A stretch of DNA of 64,000 nucleotides. Origin: the human T2T-CHM13v2.0 reference genome, Homo sapiens. How positions within the stretch are numbered: position 1 is the stretch's first letter; every line of letters starts with the position of its first letter. A program made the position numbers and the translations under genes. The notes beneath the pieces are model-generated. The model worked only from the letters and a program-made list of their open reading frames with translations, ran no database searches and was not told the DNA's origin. The stretch lies in the NCBI RefSeq assembly GCF_009914755.1, contig NC_060927.1. The stretch is one strand, 5' to 3'. Of this stretch, positions 16,345 through 29,975 are shown piece by piece.

Positions 16345-16560
16345 TAGCATGGTGGTTAGGAGCACGGACTGAGATCAGACAAACAGTTCATACCCTGACC
16401 ACCTGGGGTCTGAGTTCTCAGCTCCATCTGTAAAATGAAGATAAAAAATAATAGCTACCTATTAAGAAGGAGGAGGATTAAGTAGGATAATGTCCACAGA
16501 TAAAATGCATAGCACAGAGCTGATACATATAGACACTATGAATGTCTTGCCTGTTATTTT
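16345..16560 (+). mobile_element. MIR
   Basis: AGCATGGTGGTTAGGAGCAC…CCATCTGTAAAATG core. Confidence 0.75.
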
Positions 16561-17074
16561 TATTATTTGACATTCTTTAATTTTGAAAAGACACACTGGA
16601 CTTGATTAAGATCTGGCTCTTCATTGTCTCCAGTCAAATGTCCTGTGGCGACTCTCTGTGGTACTGACCCTTCACATCTTGGTTTGATATGGCTTACTGC
16701 AAATAAAACAAAACCAATATGAATAGTGAATAAATCCAACAACCACAGCCAGCTTTCCACTTCCTAAAAACCTCAGTAATGCTAAGGATGGGGCCACACA
16801 GAGATGCAAGGAAGAGAGGACAGTGAGGAGGGAGCTGCATCAGGAACTACCTGTACTTTGTAACCTCATCCCCCTCCTCCCAATACCTGTGAGCACTTCT
16901 TCAGGTTCTGTTAGTAGAAAATGATGTAGCCAAAGAGGATTGAAAAGTCCAATTAAATATATTTTACTTAATTGTGTTAGAATAAAAGAAAGGTTTTTTC
17001 AAAAAGCTCACGTGTTTGGTAATTTTTTTTTCACCATATAAACATGTTGAACCACTGACCTTTGTGCAGAGAGA

Positions 17075-17260
17075 GGGTACAGTGGAGGGAGTGTATGGCG
17101 GTGGACTCCCAGGTGCAGGCTGTATAAACTTTGGTCAAGTCTGAAGCTTCTACATCTGTAAAATGGGGAGAACATTTTCCTCACAAGGCTGTTGAGAGGA
17201 TTGAGGCACGTGGTGTGTGGGAAGGGTCCTAGCCAGAATAGGTTTTTAATGATGTTAGTG
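17075..17260 (+). mobile_element. MIR
   Basis: CATCTGTAAAATGGGG…CCTCACAAGGCTGTTGAGAGGATT core. Confidence 0.7.
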
Positions 17261-17954
17261 TGATTTTTTTGAAGCCCTTTCTTCAATTTTTTCACTTTTT
17301 TTGCCACATCATTGGAACTGCTTAATTATTCAGGATTTTTATATCGAGTTTATGGATTATGGAAGCCCTTTGCTAATAGGTTTATCTCCTGATGACTTTT
17401 AAAACTGCAATATAACTGCATATCAGCATGTCAATTATGAGAAACAGCAAACAATTCAACATCGATACTGCTGAATGCCTTGGTAAAATGGTTTTTATAA
17501 AAAGGAGTTTGAAAGTATAGTTAAAATATAACTTCATGTTTTTAATGTTTATTTGACCTATGGACATAGTTTGCAAGTTGATAGTTTTTCTCACTTTTAA
17601 AGTTTTTTTTTCTGATTATGCACTTATCACAAAAATGTGAAGATCAGAATAAAATCACCCATAATCTTATTGCCAAGAAATAACCACTTGTAACTTAATT
17701 TTTTCCCTTTGATATGCATAGCTCTTTATATGACTTTTTCCACTTAAAAGTATATCTTAAGTATTTTCCCAAATTACTAACATTGAAATTGCTTTCATAA
17801 TGGATGTACTGTGATCTACATAATTATTTTCCTAATTTAGACAATAAAGTTTGCCTAAGCTTCTTCACAAGAAATGCTTTTGAATGTGAGCTTTTGTCTG
17901 CATTTCTAATTAATACCTGAGCGTGAATTCCTAGGAGTAAAATTATTGGGACAA

Positions 17955-18405
17955 TCTTATTTATTAATTGTGGTGTAACAAACCACCTTAAAACTTAGTG
18001 ACTGAAAACAACACTAATAATTTATTTGCTCCCAATTTTGCAATTTGGGAAGGGCTCTTTGGGGACAATTTGTCTCTGTTCCACATAATGTTAGCTGAGG
18101 TGACTTCACTGGGGCTGGAGACCCACTTCCAAGATAGCTCACTGATACAGCTGACAAACTGATGCTGGTTGGTGGCTGGAGGCATTGAGTGCCCTCCAGA
18201 TGGACTTCTCTACTGGGTTCCAGGAGAGAGGAAGTGGAAGCTGTTAGTTCTCTTAAAGGCTAGGCACAGAACTGGCAGAGTGCCTTCCACCATGCTCCAT
18301 TGCTCAAAGTGGTCACAGGCCAAATTCCAGAGTGTGGTTAAAATAGGCCACACCTCTTTCCAGGGGATGGGTCAAAGAATTTGTGGCCATAATGAATTTA
18401 CCACA
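17955..18405 (-). mobile_element. MLT1-type LTR (ERVL-MaLR) within an old L1M fragment
   Basis: GTAACAAACCACCTTAAAACTTAGTG…AATTTACCACA. Confidence 0.75.
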
Positions 18406-19919
18406 AAGAGCATATTGTTGAAGGGTCTTTATGCATATTAGCAAATCACTTTCCAGAAAGGTTGTCTATCATTACACTCACCTACATTAAATATTAAAAA
18501 TTTTAAAAATCTCTACTTATTCATTTGGTGAAATGTGGGATCTCATTGTTTTACTTTGAACTTACCTAGTGCACTTACACAGACTTGATAAAAATTTATA
18601 TTTCTTCCTTTGTGTAAGAAAGAAATATAAATTTCATTTTTGGAGTCAATTTGTTTAAGTGTTAACAATCTTATAGAATTACAGGAGTTGTTTATATGTA
18701 TTATTGACATTAAGAATGTGTCACAGTTGTAAGTATTCCTTTCAGTTTTCTTAATTAAAAATAAAAAACCTCTTCCTCTTAATTGAGAAAAAATTAGACA
18801 AAACAATTTCCTATTAAATTCACATGATCTTATGAGTCCGGCTGCCGTGCATTGATCTCAAAACAATGATATATGTTTTACATTTTAATAGAATCTTTTA
18901 AGTCAATTTCAGTTTTACTCATCTAACATGTCACCAGAAACCCAGAAATTAGTATGATTTATTAATTATCTTTATTTTGGAGGGACTGAATCCAGAAAGT
19001 TTGGATAAGTTTATCAGAATAAAAATGGAGGAACAAAAAACTGTGTCATCATCCCTTAATTTGCTCTTTGTACCTTAACTGGTGGGAAAGCCTCTAAACC
19101 TCCCTGAGCCTCACATTTTTAAACTGTAAAGTAGGGTAATAGCAGGGACACTGTGAGGCTTACAGAAGATATTTATGAGGGGCCTAACATGTAATGGTAT
19201 GTAGTGGGCACCATCATTACTCACCTAAGTTCTCCGTTGTGAACCTAGGAAACGCCTTATTTCCAGAATATCAGAGTAAGTTCTACAGATGGCTTTCCAG
19301 GGGGGAATTTGGGTTGTATGAGTGCTGTTATCCAGCCCACCTCAGTTGGTGTCCATTAGTCGGTGGTAGTCGGCACCACATGGTGTGTTGCACAGGGATG
19401 CAAACTCGATGCCTTGCCCTAATGGCACATCACTAATGTCAGGCCACAGCTGGAGCAACTGTCTCTGGGATTGTATGATACACTCCTTGAGAATGACTCT
19501 TGAGGAGCTTCTTGGAAGAATTTGATGTCCAATCTTAATATTCTGAGAGTTCCATGCTAGTATTGTGACTAATTATACCTTATACCACTTGCGTGCCACT
19601 TGATAGTTTTCACAGGACTTTATGTGTTTTTGTCTTCTTTGATCTTCACAGCCATCCTGGGAGGCCAGCCATTCAGATATTATTTCCCTGTTTTACTCAC
19701 GAGAAAGTCAAGGCTTGAATGGGTTATGACTTGCCTAAAGTTACAAAGTGAGGAAGTGCCAGTCCCAACACCAGATGGCTCCCACAGGCCCCATCCAGAG
19801 CATTTCTATTTGATTGTATGCTGCCTAACTCCCCACCGAGGACATAGTAACAGATGGCCCTGAAATGAGGAGGTCTACAGGATGGATTGTTTTTCTCTTT
19901 TGCATTAAAATGGGTTTGC

Positions 19920-20240
19920 AGAGTGTAGTAGCCAGTGTGGATTCTGGAGTCATCTGGAGTCATTGTCTGCATTTGGATGCTGGCTTTATCACTTAGCTCT
20001 GTACCCTTTCTTGCAAAAGGAACTCAGATAAAACAAATGTAACTTTCTGAAGTTTTAAGACCAGAAAGGTCAATTTCTATGTTTATTCAAAAGAAACTTA
20101 ACCTCTCTATGCCTCAGATACTCCATCTGTAAAATGAGAATAACACTGGTAGCTAACTCATAGGACAGTTGGGGGATTACATTAGAACATCTATGCAAAA
20201 CAAAAGCACAAGGCCCAGAACCATAGTAAACACTAACTAA
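19920..20240 (+). mobile_element. MIR interrupted by a 91-bp LTR-derived insert
   Basis: MIR core resumes as CTTAACCTCTCTATGCCTCAG…CATCTGTAAAATG after 20097. Confidence 0.75.
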
Positions 20241-21394
20241 AGCCTCAGTTCTTTCTTGGTATGATCTGTGAAACCTTCAAAATGTCTGTGCTACTGGCCT
20301 TTCACTATGCTTTGTACTTCAGGCATTGGCTTCAGGAAGGCTCTGTTAAAAGAGAACCATCCTCCATGAGACAAGACCTGTCCTTTCCATGGGAGAGGCA
20401 GTCATTGACAAGTGTCCTCCAACACATTTTCCCAGTTTATCATATTGGCACTGAAGGAACACTCAGGTAAGTATTAATTGCCTTGAGATTAAAAAAGGAA
20501 TTCAGCCATTAACCACTCTTAACATTTTGTTGTATTCACTGCCCATTTTATATAACCACTTAAAACTGGAATCATATCGTGTAAAGATTTTTTGTCACTT
20601 GTTTTCTTTACTTCGTGTTTATATTATCTTTACATCTTCTTACTAATAAAAAAAACTTGCTTTCACAGTTGCATTGGATTCCATATGTGGAGTTACTATT
20701 ATTTATTACCAATTTGGTATATGGGACAGTTAGTTTTATTTTCCTGTTGTAAGTAATGCTATAGTAAACATCCTTCTACACACATCTTTGAGATGTTCTG
20801 TCTTTATATCCTTAGAATAAATTTCTAGAAGTGTAATAACTAATTCAAAGAGTATATGCAGTTTGAGAAATATTGCTGAACTGCCTCTTAGAAAGTTTTA
20901 ATTATTTACTACTCCCACCAACAGTATATGTCAGTATCAGGGAGCAATTCATTCCAGCCCTTCCACATTCTCTCATAACCAACTGTTCTTCCCACCCTTC
21001 ATTCTAAATGTAGTCCTCTATGAAGCCTCTACTTTAGATCAGCCCTTGGTTCCAGCTACATTGTTTCATTTAGTGTCTCCTAAACATCCTCTGTGGGCAC
21101 CCTCTCTAGGACTTTGCCTTTTTTTTTTATTTCTGGAAATGTCTTCTTCCTCTTATCTCTGCATCATAGATCCTTAATTCAAGTCCTAATTCATATGTAA
21201 ACTTTCCTGATTGTCTGACTTAGTAAATTACCTCACCCCTGAAATCTCTCAACCCTACATTGTACTCTGTCTTCATCAGTCATTTGGTACTCATCACATG
21301 CTGCCTTATCTGTGAATTAGCTTTGTATGCATTCCTATATTGGTTTCTGAAGGACTTGTATAGAACAGAATTACACTTAAAAATTCTTTGTATT

Positions 21395-21677
<283 letters not shown>

Positions 21678-21686
21678 CCCTCGTAT

Positions 21687-22183
21687 TGTTACTGAAATGC
21701 CAGGGGTTTGTTCTAGGTCCTACTGCTCACTGCACAGAAAGCTAGTCATTGAGACCATGAGTATTGCCAGGGAAGAAGGCTTAATCAGGTGCTGCAGCCG
21801 AGGTGATGGGAGATCAATCTCAAATCCATCACCTTGACCAACTAAAATCAGGGGTTTATATAACATGGAAGAAATGTAACTACATGCAGGAAAACATGAA
21901 CTCAGGAGGCATAAAGAAGAGGAGTTGGTCAAGAGGCAGCAGGTGGTCAGTTAGGCAGTCATGATGAGTGAAGGGACTGGCTTCTCATTGTTTGGCTGTG
22001 TTGATCTGGTAAGTGTCAGTTCCTTGATACCATCTGGGAGGACTTATGGTTGGTTTCTTGTGAAAGGAACTCAGATAAGACAAATGTAACTTTCTGAAGT
22101 TTTAAGACCAGAGAGTCAATTTTTATGTTTATTCAAAAGAAACCATAAACATAAGTTCTGTGGGGACAGTTGGGCCGGTTTCA
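21687..22183 (-). mobile_element. Solo ERV1 LTR, MER66-like
   Basis: TGTTACTGAAA…GGTTTCA termini. 4-bp TSD GTAT/ATAT. Family assigned from recalled consensus. Confidence 0.78.
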
Positions 22184-22686
22184 ATATCACTCATAACATA
22201 CATAAACGTGGCTTTGTGTATAACTACACTGTAATATATACGCATGTATAATGTGTATAATAGAACTCCAATGAGGGATCATAATGAAAACTTAAATTGC
22301 CTTTTGGTTAACTGCCCTACCAGATCAGACCCTTTCCATTGTTCCAGTCATCAACAAAAAACAGACATCTAGGAGGCTTAGATACTCAGTCTTCTTGAAC
22401 TTAAACCTCCAGTGTATTATGCTTATCTAAATAAAAAATGATAGGGACTCTTTTTCACATAGCACTTAGGGAATAGCTGGATTCAATTTTAAATCATAAA
22501 ATTGTAATAAGAATAATCTGGTCAATGTCTAGAATCAGGAATCAAAGCCAATTTGACAAAGGACATATGTACACAAACAATGAAACTAAATATCAATCTT
22601 ATAAAATATTTAACCTGAAAGATGTAGGAAATCTTAATACTGTTAGTGATAAAAAATGATAGCTCTTTCAAGAAATGCTGAGATTG

Positions 22687-23026
<340 letters not shown>

Positions 23027-23489
23027 TCACATTATGTATATAAGTAGGTACATAATGCAAACATGCCACAAGAAGCTAAAAATTCTATAATTCCATTAAT
23101 TCCACAGTGCATTTAGAGATAACAATTGCTCTTCATCATTGGTTTTAAATGATCTAGTTAATATTACTGTCAATCTTATAAGATAAGGAATATGAAAAGG
23201 TAGTTATGTGACATTTACAATCTTACAGTTTATAGACACAGTTTATAGAGTACATCATCCCACTGGAGTATCATGACCATGCTTTCAGCTAGGCATTAAT
23301 TGTACAAATAAATAATTGGAAATTCAAGGTGGTTAAAAACTTGGTTAAAGCCATACAACCAATAAGTGGGGTCCCCAAATCTTGCACCTGGGTTTGTTTG
23401 GTTCTCAGTGTAGTATGCACTCCCCTGTAACCTGTGCTTCTACTGCATATTAAGAGCGAGTTTCAGGTTCAGAAGCCTTGCCCTGCATC

Positions 23490-23855
23490 AGGGTCTTTAC
23501 AGTGGTAGTTCTCTCTGCCTGGACTGTTCAGCATGCAGATGTACACATACTTGTCTCACTCCCTTACGTCCTTAGTTCTCTGCTCAAATGTTGCTTTATT
23601 TGTGAGTTCTTTCTTAACTAGTTACGATACTAATAATCCCCATCTCTCCACACTTACCTAAGAATTTCTTCACTTTTTTTCTTGCTTTATTTTTTCTCAA
23701 AGCACCTATCACCATATGACATATTATATATTTACTTGCTAACAATAGCATGTAAGATCCATAAGGACAGGAATATTTATTCTGTGCCCTACTGTATCTC
23801 AGCCCTAGAGCAGTGTGGGCACTTAGCAGGCATTCAGTAAATATCTGTAGGATAT
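23490..23855 (+). mobile_element. LINE-2 3' fragment
   Basis: GTAAGATCCATAAGGACAGG…CACTTAGCAGGCATTCAGTAAATATCTG, an L2 tail. Confidence 0.65.
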
Positions 23856-25313
23856 AAGCAAGTTAAAAAAATAAATTCATGTACTTTCAAGTTTGAATTT
23901 GTAGCAGAACATTGGTATTGGTATTGCAGTTAGTCAGGTATGAATTCAGAAATGAAGCAGCAATTGAGCAGGGAGCTAAGGAGGTTGAGGGAGTGAGACA
24001 AGACATAGATGTCTGCGTGATGAACAGTCCAGGCAGAGAGAACTGAAAATGTAGAGATGCTGAGCTGGGATAAGGCTTCTAGGGCAGTGTAGTCTGAACT
24101 GCCTGATTTCTAGCTCTGAGTTCTTCATCCATCCATTTATTCATTCACCATGCTTTGCTTTTCTTCATACCCCTTATCACCACCCAAAACTTGATTTTAT
24201 ATATATATAAAAATGATGTATTTATACATCATATATATATACATATGTATTCTTATTTGTCTTCCTCCTTATTTCATTCTAATATAAGCTCCAAGAGGGC
24301 AGGGGCTTTGCCTTGTAAAATGCCACACCTTCACATTGAGAACAATGACATAAAATAGGAGTCCAATAAATATCTTTTATTAAATAAATAATTAATTAAT
24401 ATATTAATTTAAAAACATTTGTTGAGCACCTACTATATGCCTGGCATAAGCTTTGTCTTTAATTTCACGAGAGAGAAAAATGAGTCAACAGAAAATTGCA
24501 GCACAGGTAAGATCTGCCATGGAAGGGGGAACACTGCTATAGGGACTCCTAACCCAGCTGTGAAGGGTCAGGAGAACTTTAAAGGCAGGATTATCCTGAG
24601 CTAAGCTTGAAGAATGACAGCACTTGCAAAGGGGCCGGGCCAAGCAAGGACAGGCAAAATCTTAGAAGTGGAAACATTTTGATATGGTGGCAGGCTGGGA
24701 CTCAGGGTTGGAGGAGAAGTGTCCAGAGGAAGCCGGAAAGCCAAGGGGTTCATATGACATGCAGGCCCATTGGACTTTATTCTGAGCTCAATGGAGAAAT
24801 CTAAGCAGGGATTCGACATGAGCAGATTTTCTTTATTATCCCACTGTTAGCATTTGAAAGGAAGGACAAGGTAGCAAAAATCAATCTTCATATCAGATCC
24901 ACAAAGTCAGTAAATTGTAGGTTTGACACAACGAATGAGCTCTTCAGTTGGTTAGGCACAGGCATGAGATGGGACTTTACTTCCCAATTAACCTTTAGCC
25001 TGGCTGGCGAAGAAACCCACTCCTAGGCCCAGCCTTCCATAAATGGGGACTGAAATGTCCTATGATCAGGTGGAGACAGCCTAACCCCTGTACAAGCTCT
25101 TGGTGACAGTTTGTGGGTGTCTTTGAAAAGCTTGACAGAGGCTTTCTCTCTAATGTAAAAAATGAAGTGAAGCTGTGAAATTGAAATATCTTGAAAAGCT
25201 AGTAATTCATACGCTAGATAATTCTAGAGTAACAGAAAGATAAAACTCCTTTCTTAAATTATGCATATGATTTAAAATAATACATGCAAATATTACATTT
25301 AATACTTAAAATA

Positions 25314-25598
<285 letters not shown>

Positions 25599-25989
25599 AG
25601 AAGATTTTTTTAAGCAGTAAGGTGGGTAAGCAGAAAACAAAAGTGGTAATATAAATTGACTTTCATCAAATGTCTAGTTTCTTGAGACCTTATGCCAAAT
25701 ATGTGTCAGCAAGGTCGACCTCTACTTGAGTATAATAGAGAGAGAAATATTAGGGGGCCTGAGAATGTATGTTAGGGCAGGGAGATATGTGCCTATGGGG
25801 GAAAACTCCAGCACAGTGAGAGAAAAGACCTGGTGAAGAGTAGGTATCCATTTATTCAGCTCACCTTTGGTTGGATGTTGGCCCTATGTGTGAAAAGCAC
25901 AGTGTTAACTATATACCTACCAAGATAAAGGGTGTGTAGTTGAATGGTTGCATATATTTGTACATGCAACTATTTTTTTTACATTCAAC

Positions 25990-26990
25990 TTTTTTTTTGA
26001 TTGAGTGCAACTCACATAACATAAAATTAACTATTTTAAAGTGAATAATTCAGTGGCATTTAGAGCATTCACAATGTTGTACAACTGCCATCTCTATTTC
26101 CAAACACTTTTATTTCCCTAAAGGAAATCCTGTATCTGTTAAGCAGTTGCTCCCTATTCCTCCTTCTTACCTGGCCCTGGTAATCATCAATCATCATTCT
26201 ATCTTTATGAATTTACCTATTCTGGATATTGGTTTGCCTCTGTGTCTCCACCCAAATATCACCTTGAATTGTAATAATCTCCACATGTCAAGGGCAGGAC
26301 CTGGTGGAGGTAATTGAATCATGGGGCAGTTTCCCCCATGATGTTCTCGTGGTAGTGAGTGAATTCTCACAAGATCTGATGTCTTCATAAGTGGCACTCA
26401 TTTTTCTCTCCTGCTGCCCTGTGAAGAGGTGCCTTCTGCTGTGATTGTAAGTTTCCTGTGGCCTCCCCAGCCTTGCAGAACTGTGAGTCAATTAAACCCC
26501 CTTTCTTTATTCCACTGAATGGAATAATTCAGTGGCATTTAGTACATTCACAGTGTTGTACAACTGCCATCTCTATTTCCAAACACATTTACTGCCCCAA
26601 AGGAAATCCTATATTTGTTAAGCAGTTGCTCCCTATTCCTTCTTCTCTCCCGGCCCTCGTAACCACCAATCATCATTCCATCTCTATGAATTTACCTATT
26701 CTGGATATTTCAGACAAATAGAATTACATAATATGTCACCTTTTGTGTCTGGCTTCTTTCTCTTAACATAATGATTTTGAGGTTCATTTACCTTGTAGCA
26801 TGTATTAGTACTTCATTCCTTTTTATGGTTGAAAATATTGCATTGTATGTGTATGCCACAATTTGTTTTTGCATTCACCTGTTGATGGACATACATGCTG
26901 TTTCTACTTTTTGGGTATTGTGAATAGTGCTGCTATGAACATATGTGTACATGCACTTATTTGAGTACCTGTTTTCAATTCTTGCCAGTA
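25990..26990 (-). mobile_element. Old L1M (L1MB-like) 3' end with an internal 188-bp duplication
   Basis: CACATAACATAAAATTAACTATTTTAAAGTG…CTGGCTTCTTTCTCTTAACATAATG, typical antisense L1M 3' UTR. Confidence 0.8.
26225..26510 (+). mobile_element. THE1 LTR (C/D-like), 3'-truncated
   Basis: GATATTGGTTTG…CACCCAAATATCACCTTGAATTGTAATAAT…CTGTGAGTCAATTAAACC. The terminal …GACTAATACA is missing. Confidence 0.88.
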
Positions 26991-28420
26991 TCTACTGCCC
27001 AACTGATTTTGTTTGACAAAGAAGTGAAGCAATGGAGAAAGTGTAGTATTCTCAACTAATGGTGCTAGAGCAATTGGGCATCTATAGACAAAAAAATAAA
27101 CCATGACCTAACCATGATACCTCATATTAATATTAATCCAAAATGGATCATGAATTTAAACATAAAATGTAAAACTATACAAACTCCTAAAAGAAAACAT
27201 AGGGAAAAATCTTCTAGACCTAGGGCTAGGTGAACAGTTCTTAGATATGACATCAAACACACCATCCATAAAAGGCAAAGTTAGTAAATGGGTCTGTAAA
27301 AAATTTAAAATGTTTGTGCAGCAAAATAATCTGTTAAGAGTAAGAAAAGACAAGTTACATAGAAAACATTTACAAACCACAAATTTGACAAAGATCTTAT
27401 ATCTAGACTGTACAAAGAACTTTCAAACTCGACAGGGAAAAACCAAACAGTCCAACTGGAAAATGCACAAAAGACTAGAACAGCTATTTCACCCAAGAAG
27501 AGAAACAGATGACAAATAAGCTCATAAAAAGATGTTCAACATTATTAGCTGTTAGGAGAAGGCAAATTAAAACCACAACAAGATATCACTATTCACCTGT
27601 CAGATGAGGCAAAATAGTGATCCTACCAAATGCTGGAGAGAATGCAGAGAAACTAGATTTCTCATACATTGTTAAGAATGTCTAGTGGCACAGCTACTGT
27701 GGAAAGATATTTGGCAGTTTCTTGTAAATCAAAACATGTACTTACCATAATGACCCAGCAATTGCACTCTTGAGCATTTATCCCAGAAAGATGAAAACTT
27801 AGGTTCACACAAACATCTGTAAACAAAAGTTTCTAGCAGCTTTGCGATAGTCTCAAACTGGAAACAGCCAAACTCTAGTAAATCTATACAGTAGAATATT
27901 ACTCAGCAATAAAAAGAAATGAACTGTTGATACATGCAACAATCTGGATGAATCTCAAGGGCATTATGCTGAGTGAAAAAAGCCAATTGCAAAAGGTTAC
28001 TTACATACTGTATAATTCCATTTCTATAACATTTTCAAAATGACAAAACTACAGTGACAGGCATGGGGAGTGGGTGTGAAGATAAAAGGAGAATATGGGG
28101 GATTTCTTTGTGGTGATGGAACAGTTCTGAGTCCTGATTGTGGTGGCCATATAAATATATACATGGGATAAAATTGCACAGAACTAAACACACACACACA
28201 CATGCACACACACACACAAAAATAAGTGAGCACATGTAAAAACTGGTGAAATTAAACAAAGTCTATGGTCTAGTTAACAGAATTATACCAAAGTCAATTT
28301 CATGTTTTGATATTGTATATCAGCTGTCACCACTAGGGGGATGCTGGGGAAAGACTGCAATGACTATTTTGCAACTTCCTGAGAATCTATAATTATTTCA
28401 AAATAAAGAGTTAAAAAGAA
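26990..28420 (+). mobile_element. Old L1M (MD/ME-like): ORF2 end plus 3' UTR, with (CA)n at ~28188-28217
   Basis: GAAAACATAGGGAAAAATCTT…, GACCCAGCAATTGCACTC, and 3' end TCTATAATTATTTCAAAATAAA. Confidence 0.8.
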
Positions 28421-28435
28421 ACTAAGTGGTGCTTG

Positions 28436-29092
28436 GGGATGATGGGATCACACTTGTAATCCCAGCATTTGAGGAGGCTGAGGTAGGAGCATTACTTGAG
28501 GCCATGAGTTCGAAACTAGCCTGGGCAATATAGTGAGGTCTGTCTTTATAAAAACAAACAAAAAACCAAAACAAACAAACAAAAAACAAAGCCAGGTGTG
28601 ATGGGGGCACACCTGTAGTCCTAGCTACTTGAGAGACTGAGGCAGTAGGATTACTTGAGCCCAGGTTTTTTTTTTTTTTTCTTTTTTTTCTTTCTTTTTT
28701 TTTTTTGAGATAGAGTCTTGCTCTGTTGCCCAGGCTAGAGTGCAGCGGTGGGATCTTGGCTCACTGCAACCTCTGCCTCCTGGGTTCAAGTGAATCTTGT
28801 GCCTCAGCCTCCTGAGTAGCTGGGATTACAGGTGCATGCCACCACACCTGGCTAATTTTTTTTTTTTTTTGTACCTTTAGTATAGATGGGGTTTCACCAT
28901 ATTGGCCAGGCTGGTCTCGAACTCCTGATCTGAAGTTATTCACCCCCCTTGGCCTCCCAAAGTGTTGGGATTACAGGCGTGAGCCACCGCGCCCAGCTGT
29001 GCCCAGCGGTTTGAACCTGCAGTGAGCCATGATTGCACCATTGAACTCCAGCCTGCGTGACGGAATGAGTTCCCATCTCAAAACAAAACAAA
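28436..29092 (+). mobile_element. AluJ split by a younger antisense Alu (28665-28997)
   Basis: Outer Alu breaks at TGAGCCCAGG and resumes at TGTGCCCAGC (TSD). Confidence 0.88.
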
Positions 29093-29127
29093 CTAGAAAT
29101 TAGGTGGCGAGTTAAAAATGCTCATGA

Positions 29128-29444
29128 GGCTGGGCGCGGTGACTCACATCTGTAATCCCAGCACTTTGGGAGGCCGAGGAGTGCGGCTCATTTGAGGTCA
29201 GGAGTTGGAGACCAGCCTGACCAACATAGTGAAACCCTGTCTCTATTAAAAATACAAAAAAAAAAAAAAAAATTAACCGGACATGGTAGCACATGCATGT
29301 AGTTCCAGCTACTTGGGAAGCTGAGGCAGGAGAATTGCTTGAACCTGAAGGCCGAGGTTGTAGTGAGCCGAGATTGAGGCACTGCACTCCAGCCTGAGCG
29401 ACAGCAAGGCTCCATCTCAACAACAACAACAACAACAACAACAA
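29128..29444 (+). mobile_element. AluS with (CAA)n tail
   Basis: Full dimer. TSD-like AAATGCTCATGA / AAATTCTTATGA. Confidence 0.93.
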
Positions 29445-29975
29445 ATTCTTATGAAAGTTCTAGGATATACCTGTATTTTATTAATACTTTGAATAAAGGC
29501 AACAATGATTTTGAACATAAAAACAGAAGTGTGATATTAGGCTTTGCTGAGCTTTCTCGGTAAGAGGAAGTCCTTGTCTTTTGAGTGCCTGGTGGAGTAG
29601 GGAAGATAGTTTGGTAAATGGCACATTGTCTACTGGGAGGTAAGGAGATATAAGCAAACACTTATGATCCCTGAATCAAATGAACTGAGTAATTCCAAGC
29701 AAAGTGTGGCAGGAATTTAGAGGAAGGAGATTTTATAGTGGCCTGAATGGCCAGGGAAATATTTCCTGGAGGAGGTGACTTTTAAAGTGACCCTTAAAAA
29801 ATGGATTTGATTTAGAAGATGAGAAAGAGAATAGGGAAAGCTTCCATGGATGTCTTAGATTTTTTTGGGTTACTATTTTCTTATCAAACTTCTACTTTAT
29901 CTCAAAGCTTATTCTTTTATGCCTTTAGCCTCTGAAGCTGGATGTATCTAGGCATACAGCTTCAGAGGAGGTGTG

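Noticed and set aside
25990-28420. Head-to-head L1 pieces as a twin-priming inversion
   Set aside because: Each piece has its own, different 3' UTR, so they are two separate elements.
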